A stretch of DNA of 64,000 bases from positions 18,042,001 through 18,106,000 of the forward strand of contig CM022672.1 of the NCBI GenBank assembly GCA_012295275.1. Direction: 5' to 3'. Below, one piece after another: positions 52,788 through 64,000 of the stretch (positions are counted from its first letter, which is position 1; each line of letters begins with the position of its first letter). Made by a program: the position numbers and the translations under genes. Below the pieces are notes generated by a model, which did not search any database, had not been told where the DNA came from, and saw only the letters and a list, made by a program, of their open reading frames with translations. This stretch comes from Chrysomallon squamiferum (Eukaryota > Animalia > Mollusca).

Positions 52788-54062
52788 ACAGAGAAAGAAA
52801 CGAGTAAATAATATGCTGTGAAGGAGGGATTGTCGTTCATAGTAAATTAGATACATACAAACCTACACACAACGCAGTCAGGCAGACAGATAAAGTACAT
52901 ACAGACACGTTCTCTTTCTCATACATACACCAAAAAAACAAACACGTAACTACACACAAGTGGCCATACAAATACATACCCATACCTGAGAATTTCAGAT
53001 AAGGTGCGGCACTATGTGACAAGTGTAAGTGTCGAATAATGAATACTTTAAGAAAACAAACTTTGGTAACTTGTAAATAGCAATCAACTATCGTAAATCT
53101 CAGTGTTCACTCCTACGATTTAGATAAAAAAAATATTTGACGATAGTTATTATAAATACATAAATTTCGTTCGTTTTGGAGTACTTTATTAACAACTCAT
53201 GGATTTATCGTCAAATACAGCTTAATACATTCTCATAAATCATCATAGAAAACAACCATAACCTTCGCAATGGAATTTCCCAGAACCCATTGAAACAATT
53301 AAATACTCGAAAACCAAGATATTTTTCCCCTTCTTTAAATTCCGCCGAAATGTTGCGCGCTCCAAGACGACAACATAATGCTGCTACCTACGTATTTCTA
53401 CAGCCATGATGATGATGATCACTGAGGCGGGCAATCGCGATGAATTATAAGGTTGCCACCAACGCTTTCACACGCTTGTCTGAAAGTGTGTAAGATGTTT
53501 TCTCAATCGCAATAAACAGCCACTTGATATGACCGACAGCAGTACATGAGTATAACCCCGTCCCTCCTCGAGTTTCGTCTCAAATAACAACAAAAATTAA
53601 CATGTCTATTGAGGGGCGGCACGTATCAACAAGTGAGTAATATTATATTTAAAACTCCATAAAGAGTTTAGTTAGCTCACAGAAAAGAATGAAATAAAAA
53701 CAAAAAAAAAAAAAAAGAGAGAGAGATTTTTTTTTACCCTGAACTAAATGTCAACATGTAAAATATCAGCGATGGTAATTCTGTAAATACAATACGTAAT
53801 ACATTTTTATATCGTTCAGACGTAATAAACACACATTTAGCAAACAGGTTTCATTCACATTAAAACAGTAACAAATAATCTGGAAGGTATAATACCAATT
53901 TTACCAGTTTTGCTATCTCTTTGTGTGACAGTCTGAAAATTCTGAGTTTTTTCAGTCCAGGGTTCCAACAGTTCTTTTGTAGTACAACGGCAACTACAGT
54001 AGAACTGAACTACAGTCTCATCAGTATTAGTTATACTAGCTGTTATCTGGAATACAACATAA

Positions 54063-54128
<66 letters not shown>

Positions 54129-54976
54129 GTAATAATAATAACAATAGTAATAATATTACTATTATTACTACTACTACTACTATTACTATTGCTACTACTA
54201 CTACTACTAATAATAATAATAATTGAGAGCAACAAAATTTAAAAAAAGAATAAAACAAAATGTACGTTTTTGTTGAAATTATTCTTATATATGATATATT
54301 GTAAAAATTTAAAAATAACGACAACAACAAACCATCCATCATTTTAGATTTATATTGCATTATGTTTATTGTAGAGTGTGTTACAGTTACTTTATTGATA
54401 CCATTAACATGTCCGCTTACACAGATAAGATTCCATTCATTACGTTCATCTGTAATAAAAATATATATGTATGTATGTATTATGTAGGTATGCATACATG
54501 TATGTGTGTACAATATATATTCAATAACAAGAACAGAATTGCGAGACATCAATGTGAAAAACTAGCGCTCTGCCAATAATCTGACCACTTAATAAAAGTA
54601 CACAAATAACTCGACCTTCACCCTGTCCGAAGTGATTCACGCAGGCGTCAGTCTCCCATTTGACCAGAGATGTTAATTTGACCTGCAGGATCTAAACGAA
54701 AGCTCGCCGATGATAAATAACTGGAAGGAACATTCAGGAATGTTTATTCCCCAGTCATCGGCCAATTTGTCCGGAAATATATTCTAACCAAGACGGGCAC
54801 ATAGCTTCGAGAGGGTAAAAGGTGACCTCCAGCGTGGAACATCTGTCTGATTTTTTGAATGTCAGATGAATATTGCTTGGCGTAGATGCACAATCTGTCA
54901 CAAGCAGGCGCGAGGGTAGAGGCATGCCACGTTCAAACCCTAAAACTGGGTTTGTTCTGGCTCAGGTTTACTTAAT

Positions 54977-55009
<33 letters not shown>

Positions 55010-56418
55010 CACGTAAACAACAACGACCCGCCAGATTCTGACACGTTTCGGGAACGCGGTTTTATTAAAATGTTTATTCTCGAACTTTTACAATTTTTAT
55101 TTGAAATGCGACTCTCTTGAATTAGTAATAACTGACGAATCGCACGGAATTAAATTAAAAATGCATTCATTTTGGTAAAGGTTATTATCCAAACCTCAAA
55201 AGCATTTTGCAGACTTTAATGAAGCGAGAACGATAACTTATTTTAATCTTCATGCTGCAGTGCAGGGCAAAGCGAAGAACTCAATTTGCCAAACCCGCCA
55301 CTGAAATTCAACGAAAGAAAAAAAAAAAAAAAAAAGAAAGAGCAAAAGATTGAGAGAGCTAAAGTTTTTGTGGATTAGATAGTTTGTATGGATTTTGACT
55401 TAGAAGTAACATAAACTGTCGGTGTTGGCGCCTCATTCTTAATTTATAGGGTGGAATGGCGAGCGGGCAGTCAATATTCCTCAGTCAGTTAGCATTGTTT
55501 TACGAGACGTCTGCTCACTTCCGAGACTGCAGACAGATTGATTATTTGTAATTCCCTCCTAATGCGGCTCTCCCTGACCTCATTTTCCCAGTGTACAATA
55601 ACCGTTTGGTCTGTGTGTGAGTCTTCGCTTTTAATAACGGGAGGAAATAAAATTAAAATATCCATATATACAGGTCACGGCAGTGCTGGTGATTTCCACA
55701 TGTACATCGTAACCTGCACATATATTTACATACATACATACATGTCAGCATGCACATATATTTACATATAAAAATGGACATGTATGTAATTTTTCCATGT
55801 TTGCCCACCAATGTGATAAGATGTTTTAAAAAATGGTCTGATATTTAGAATTTTTGAGAAAATAAAGAAATTTCCAAGATGAAAAATAGCCTTAACTAAC
55901 AGAGATCCATAACGTAAAATTTTCCACTTTCCTTGAAGCTGATTTTCATAACAGAATTATGGTAATTTATGCCTTTCTACGATAAACATATTTCGCTCTT
56001 TCTGAATCATGGCTGTCAGAAGGAAAGTTGATATTGTAATTGTTATAAACTATAATGCTTGGATTCTTTTATACAGATACATTATTTTAAAAGACAAATG
56101 CATATGATATGTAAATGCAGGAATACATTCATTATGTTCTGACAGATATGAAATCGTATTTTCTTCTAAGGATTGTTTTATAATTCTCTATTTCCTTAAG
56201 CCTGTATAATTTATGACTGTGTAAAGTCTGACAATTTCGCAGTATTTTCTAGTTACATGTACATCTCTATCTGCCTTGATATGTGTATCGCTCTTTTTGG
56301 TATGTCAGTCTTTTACTGTGTGAATATAAATGTGTGTGTGTATAATTGTGAGAAAAAAAAAAGGAAAGCGAGAGATACATATAAACAGAAAGAGAGAGAA
56401 AGAGAGAGAATGAGCAAG

Positions 56419-56511
<93 letters not shown>

Positions 56512-57131
56512 GAGAGAGAGAGAGAGACCTATGTCATCTCTGATATTTTATTTAATATAACTGGACGTTTTAGGACTTGGAAATTGACTTCCTAGAATTA
56601 TATATTTGTTCTTCGTCAAGACAGTACCGTTTTCTTCGTTCACTTATTTGAACATCTGTACTTCACTGCGTCTTTTTCTGCCGTTATTTTGCGTATCTAC
56701 ACACCATCTCTTCTTTAACTATAGTTTTTGTACGTTTTATATCATAGTTATCATTCAGTCAACCTCCGTTCCGTATGCTATAATATCTTTTAAGGATGTT
56801 ATGGAATTTGGTTTAGATTTAAGAATGCAATCATGATGAAGTCGTGCAGAAATGCCAGATCTTGCCTTGCCAAAAGAAATGACAAATTCAAAGAGACAGA
56901 TAACTGTTATAGGGACAAAAAACACTAGACAGTGAGCGAAATCGTAAGACTGATACGAAGATAAAGGTTTTAAAATTACAACAGAAAAATAGACAGAGAT
57001 ACAGACAAATATACTGTTGCATAGAAGCAAGCAGTCGGACAGATAGACGAATGGAAAAACGAACAAGAAATAACTCAGTACAGAGACAGACAGGGAATAG
57101 ACAGAAAAACAGAGGCAGAAAAAGAGAAATA

Positions 57132-57197
<66 letters not shown>

Positions 57198-58413
57198 GGT
57201 TGGTCGATTTCTGGTTCATTCTACACATTTCAGTCGTTTTGGTGGATGTGAAGTAGCCGTATTCTGAAACTAAAAAAAAAAACCTATTATTTTTACACAG
57301 AGACTGTTTGTTCAAGTGCAAACAATAGCAACTAATTGTACTGAACAAGATAAGATATAGTCGCTACAGTTTTTTTTTTTTTTTTCTCTTTTTTCTTTTT
57401 TGTCGACAAGATAATGGTAAAATCGAAAGGAAAAGTTATTTCGGATCAAAGAAAGTCGGAAAAAGCGATACCGAAAAAACTCCCAAAACACCGAAAATAA
57501 TTTATTACCTTACTTGAGTGATAGATGTGCAGGTAGTTCTAAATTTAGCCTTTATGTTTCTATTTATCCGCTTTGGTTTGGGTTTTTTTTTTTTTTTTGT
57601 TCTCTGTTGTCTTGAATGAACTATAATTACAGCAAACTACCCCAGACGTCAATTCCGTCTACAAAATGAATGGATCTTGATTGTCAATATGTGATCACCG
57701 ATCTCCGAACAGCCATTGTTATGCAGATGTCTCTGCGCTATCTGGTATCTTGCGACCGGCACGCGATACTGCGGGGGAGGTTTCTGCTTTTATCAGATGG
57801 CGCGCGCGACGTTCTTTGGGGCAGACGTCAAATGGATGAAAACACAGAGACGGTCCCTCGTGTCCAGTAATCCTTTTCAAGCCACGTTAAGCCGGCTTCA
57901 GAATGAACGTGAACGATAAGGTATTCATCTTAGGGCGTCCCATGACATCCATTTAACCTGTTTATGGATGAATATGCTAGCAGATAACAAAAAAAAAAAG
58001 ACCCATACAAAACAATATGTTGTTCGACAGAATCGACACGTGGAATAATTCATTAATTGCCGGTCCTCCCACATCAAATGAGGAATTTATTCATGGATTC
58101 GCTTCATTCATAAAACTTTTAAGGGGAAAAAAAAAAAAAAAAAAAAAAAAGAAATAATTCGGATACGAAGAAGCTTTATTACTCTGTAAGAAGCCTATGA
58201 TAAACTGGAAATGGTTTTTCTCTGTTATGAATTTTCATTAGAATTGTAGAATTAAGTAAATATCTGAAATCACGAAATACGAAACCGGTTGTTGTCTGTA
58301 CTTAATGATATTTTAATGGCACAAAATTATTTTCTTTTTCTTTTATTATATTTAAAAAATACCGCTGGAAGAAAAATGATTTGTGTGAGAAGAAATCACC
58401 TATTTCTATTTAT

Positions 58414-58505
<92 letters not shown>

Positions 58506-59254
58506 TTTGTGTGTGCGTGCGTGCCACCATATGCAGCAAGACGACTTTACACCAACTGCTCTAAATCGCGCTGTGTAAAAATATCTGCTCATTTGTTTAT
58601 TTGGATTCTCTGAGACCTGAATTCTTAAATATGAAAGCTGTCTCGGCAACAAATGGAATTTTTCTAAAATATTTAATACGGATTGAAAAATATTTACAAC
58701 TCCTGCGAAGTGCTCTAGACATAAGACATTACCATCTGATGATGTCCATCCTGTGTTTATGGCACCCAGTGGCAACGTGTTCTAACCCACGCCCTAGTGT
58801 TTGTGTTTTACGATGTGCTTCCCCGGGCCCGCCCTGTTTAACGCACGTTGGTTTACATTGTTCTGATAAATACTAACTGAAATGGTAACTGAAATGTCTC
58901 ATTTAAATTCCTGCAACAAAACACTCACTGGTAAAGAAAAAATGTCGTGTTTTTTTTTTCACGACGCGAGGCAAAACTACACAGCTCGAAAAAAGAAACC
59001 GATTTACGGTGTGCGTAGAAACCTCAGCTCGTGGATTAAAGAGTTGTGTAAATAATAATAATAAATAAATAAATAAATAAATAATGTTAAGGACGCATAT
59101 GTAAAATATGGTTCAAATTAATGTTTTCCCAACTTGTATGCTTACATCTGTAACTGTATGTGTTAACAGCTCCCTGCTTCTTTTCATCTCTCTCCAACAT
59201 AGATACCCATTAACCAAATTTGAACTGAGAGCATTATCGACATATGCGAGGGTC

Positions 59255-59361
<107 letters not shown>

Positions 59362-60373
59362 AAGAGAGAAACAGAAAGAGAGAGACAGGAATGGGGTGGA
59401 GTACGTCTAAGGCAAAATAAATCAATCGATAAAACGAACTCCCATTAATAATTCAATAATTTATATTCGTAACATTCTGTCCAAGATATAAACGCTTCGG
59501 TGAACTTTTACATTTCTTGACAAAACAACTAATGTACTGTTAATATGGGTGTCCAGTATACACCAGTGTCTCAAAATTAGTTACGGGAAACCAGATAGCA
59601 GGCGACGCCCAGTCGACTCTTGCCACGCCCCGCCACTGACCCGGGTCTCGAGTGCTGTGCGTTTTTTTGTGTCTCTTCTGACACGTAGCAATCACTTATT
59701 TATTGTCTCTCATATTCGATGTGTTTAAAAAAAGCGACCGTATTTACTTCTCTCCTCTCTGTTTGTTTTGTTTAATCCTCTCGTCCAATTTCGTTCATGC
59801 GATCTTCCTTTTTTTTTTTTTTTTTTTTTTTTTAACGCGCTGGGCGGTTCTTTGCTGGAAGATATTAACGGATTTGAGATCTTGAAAGATAACCGGTGTT
59901 TACTGAAGGCGCTGCTGAAGTCGAAGTGCTCTTATTCTTATTCTTTCCGTCCGTGGTGCTATCAGCGTTTAGTCGAAACGATCTCTCTGTGAATTTGGAG
60001 TCTTAAATTTCCCTACGAACAAATTCGGATCATTTGTTTGCACTCCAGACGTATTACATTTACTATGTCATGAAGTCGGTTTTTATTGGGGCGTTTTAAA
60101 TTTCGACTTCAAAAACAAATGTGTGGTATAGAATGGTTTTCACACGTTTCTATTCGAACAAACTAAAGAGCAAATTTCGTATGGGTGTCGGGTATGAATA
60201 ATGTATAAAGTTTACACAGTGATTGTATGTCTCTCGCAGAACAAAGGAAAAGGCGTAGAAAGGCAGAAAAATTAATATTTATTTTTCTTTAAAATATAAA
60301 ATCGCTTTTTGTCTCTCCCACCCACTCATCCTATCTGTGTCTCTTCTTCCCATTTTTTTTATTCAACTTCGTC

Positions 60374-60438
<65 letters not shown>

Positions 60439-60601
60439 TTATCGTTGAATTTCTATTTAATTTTGATTCACGTTTTATTCTAAATAACTGATAAAAAAAT
60501 AATGTAATGGTACCGATTTAAAAATGTCGGAAATCGTAAAAAGAACTTAGACAATAAATAAACGAGTATGTTTTTGTACGCAGGCTCCCGTCTGTATATG
60601 T

Positions 60602-60699
<98 letters not shown>

Positions 60700-61111
60700 T
60701 GTATCTGTGTGGTAGTGTAAATATACTTTCGTGCATTTCAAATGATATTTTATTATGATGGTATGATATGTGTCTTTAGTTCACGTATTTACTTTGACAT
60801 GGGTTAAAAGGTATATATTTACAATTTCAACAGAAGCTAAAAAGAACACGAAATGGATACAATGACTTTACGTTGTAGCGTAAGTTTCATACCTAACACT
60901 AACAATACTTTTAATATCAGACCATTGTTAGTCGTATTACACACGATAAAAAACAACTCACATTATCGTTTAGCGCAGCAACAAACATCAGTCTTAAACC
61001 ATATGATGTCATTACTCATAACGTTTCCTAAACCTAACGATAAAGATGTAATAACATTAAATGCTTTACAAAATTCCACAGCAATGATAGCCTTAATCAC
61101 TGTATTCTGTG

Positions 61112-61172
<61 letters not shown>

Positions 61173-61212
61173 TTTAAACCAACAGATAACCTAATATATA
61201 ATATCCGGCGAC

Positions 61213-61249
<37 letters not shown>

Positions 61250-61339
61250 TTCTTTATTTTTGTTGTTGTTGCTGTTGCTGCTGCTTTTTTGGTGTTTATT
61301 TTAAAAGATGAGCGGTAAAATTACTTGTTTTACGTATTT

Positions 61340-61720
61340 TCCTGTCTATGGGATGGTAGTTACAAAATAATCTCACTACCGCTAATCGATTAAAATAACC
61401 CATTTTGTAATGCAGCGAGTTTCCACTAAACGTCTGTCGCCATGTTGACCTTCATTATAACACATCGTTCTCTTCCACAGGCCACATGATAAATATTATT
61501 AGATCATTTATCGGAAGCATAAAGCATTAATCTTAATTTTATTATATAACATACCTCAGATAATGTTTGAAACTGCTCATAAACCTTATGAACGTTAAGT
61601 ACTGATAACCTTATCACATACCAGAATACCGACTTACATAGTTGTAAAAAGGGGTCGTAACTCCGAGTGTGTCCTAAAGGGTAACACGTCGCAGAATCAG
61701 TCCTATTCAGTGCATACACT

Positions 61721-61770
<50 letters not shown>

Positions 61771-61930
61771 TATACCAGCCTTCGTCCATAGAGTACATGA
61801 TCTGATTCCTGTACATGGAAAGGTGTATGTAAAGCTTCCCTTGTTGCTTATTTTTGCATGTTTTCTCTGAATGTTGTATCATTGTGGTATAAAACTTAAA
61901 TGTCTGACAACCAGTTGAAGATGCCAGACA
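61340..61930 (+). mobile_element. Two decayed SINE core fragments (~61340..61420 and ~61770..61930)
   Basis: CCTGTCTATGGGATGGT...CCGCTAATCG and CCTGTACATGGAAAGGTG...TTCCCTTGTTGCTTA share the dispersed core. Confidence 0.4.
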
Positions 61931-62277
61931 ATTTATCTATTAGATTTCTCTGAATAAAACAGATATTTAATTTTAATAGTTTGAAATCAAATGCGATAAC
62001 TGAGTTGCATAGTTGCCTGTAAAGTTGATACTGAATTTGTGCTTGAATTAACAAAGAATAAATTAATAGATATAAAATAATACATACAGAAACACTTTAA
62101 AAAGCAACTTAAAATTAAATGTAAATAAATATATAAATATATAAATAAACCAGCAAACAAGCCAATAAATAAATAAGTAAATAAATAAATAAATAAATAA
62201 ATAAACAAACAATATTTTTATTTAGCTATGAAATTCTTTCTGCAAATTCAGGTGTATTTAATAACAAAAGAAATTTC

Positions 62278-62319
<42 letters not shown>

Positions 62320-62660
62320 GAAGGAAAACAAAATACAGACCTTTATGATGGTTAGAGATTCTCACGTCTGTTTGTTCAGACATTGAGGTCACTGGGTCAG
62401 ATAAAGAAGGGTAGGTAAAGTAAGTAAATAAAGTTTAAAACAAGAAAAGCACGCACTTAATGGCAATACGTTATCGTATCATTTTAGCTTTTCTGTTTTT
62501 TTTTTTTTTGCAGGAAGCTTTTCCAGCCTCGAAGAAATCAAAGCTCAGTGTGATATCTGTTCAGATGATGTGAATTAAATACGTTCATTTGTTTCCGTCT
62601 AAATATCTTTTATATATGTATTATTTTTTTTTATTATTATTTTTATTATTATTATTATTA

Positions 62661-62743
<83 letters not shown>

Positions 62744-63035
62744 TTTTTAATATTATTATTATTACTAATATTATTATTACCGTGATTATTATTGTTGTTG
62801 TTGTTGTTGTTGTTTTCGTCGTTGTTCTTCTTCTTCTGTTCCTCCTGCTACTTCTTTTTCTTTTTTTGTCTTCTTCTTCTTCTTCTTCTTCTTCTTCTTC
62901 ATGTTCTTGTTTTTCTTTTTGACCTTGTCCTTTTCTCCTCCTGCTCCTCCTCCATCTCCTCTTCTTTCTCCTCCTCCGTCTTCTTCTTCTTCTTCTTATT
63001 ATTATTAAAAAAAAACCATATATAATAATAATTAA

Positions 63036-63067
<32 letters not shown>

Positions 63068-63496
63068 TTCATTAATTTTTGTTGGTACGTTATTATAATT
63101 ATTAATAACGTTGACTTGGTCTGTTGTGGTATTTTATACGTGCAGTTGTGATATTTTATACGTGCAGTTGTGAAAGCATAAATATTATCTGCTTCTATAA
63201 ACATTTATCATTATTAATCAGTTGAATCATTTCTAAACAGTTAATACGCTAACTGTTGTTTCATTTATGTAGAAACTGAAAATACATCGACAACAGTCAA
63301 TATGTGTTAATTATATTTATTTAATATTTACTTCCTTTCTTTTTCTTTCTTTCCTTTTTCTTTCTTTTTTTTAAATCGTAGCTTGACAGTAAAATAATTA
63401 CAGTGGGTAGATGATGCATATAGACTCCCATCATTTTCTTTTGTTTTGTTACTTCAGTTTGCACAAAGATAAATATTAATGAATATTACAAAAACC

Positions 63497-63535
<39 letters not shown>

Positions 63536-64000
63536 ATAATAATAATAAAATAAAATAAACAAATAAAATAAATAAATAAAATAATAACAAAAAATAATAA
63601 CAAAATAAAATAAAATAAAATAAAATAAAATACATAAATAAAATAATGAATTAGTCAAATAAAACGCAATAAATTTTGAAATTACAATTGGACAACCTTA
63701 TTACAAAACAACACTCTGCACTCTTCTGACCACATAACCCCACCCCCACTCCCACACCCAACCCTTAACCATGGAGTGACCTCCACACGTCCACGATAAC
63801 CGCACGCACTAGTCATTTTAATAGTTCTGAATTAATAACATAATTCGGTGGGACAAATATCATTATTACGTCTAAGAAGAAAATCACACGTTAAATCCGG
63901 CTATCGTTTGCAATCGCCTTACGCCATATGACGTTCATTGTGAAGTAATTTCCACCTGTCGATCTCTTTAAAACTCACAGAACAATATTAAAAGTTCATC

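Noticed and set aside
58410-58775. 121-aa minus-strand ORF
   Set aside because: No recognisable domain, AT-rich codons, runs into a microsatellite, and has no clear splice boundaries.
62514-62578. Plus-strand acceptor followed by SFSSLEEIKAQCDICSDDVN*
   Set aside because: The acceptor strength comes from a generic poly-T run, and there is no supporting upstream exon.

Overview
Eukaryotic (invertebrate, most plausibly molluscan/gastropod) genomic DNA: AT-rich and saturated with microsatellites, poly(A)/(T) runs and decayed tRNA-derived SINE-like fragments. Almost all ORFs in the six-frame track are simple-repeat artefacts. The one firmly supported gene is a complete six-exon MMP21-type matrix metalloproteinase on the + strand: join(14905..15084,24113..25001,29798..30097,32003..32257,34867..35042,37719..38009), 2091 nt, 696 aa, all introns GT-AG with matching phases. 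It has a signal peptide, a variant cysteine switch (SRCGNKD), HEIGHVLGLAH zinc motif, Met-turn, no hinge, and a hemopexin domain ending EKWFDICD. Its prodomain is unusually long with several convertase sites. Around it are weaker signals: promoter-like islands, divergent short first-exon candidates near 13 kb, GLI-type sites in intron 1, and three minus-strand exon candidates (7-nt microexon, 97-nt exon, terminal exon) that could belong to an unidentified convergent or host gene. There is no prokaryotic-type system (CRISPR, operon, rRNA/tRNA gene) in the window.
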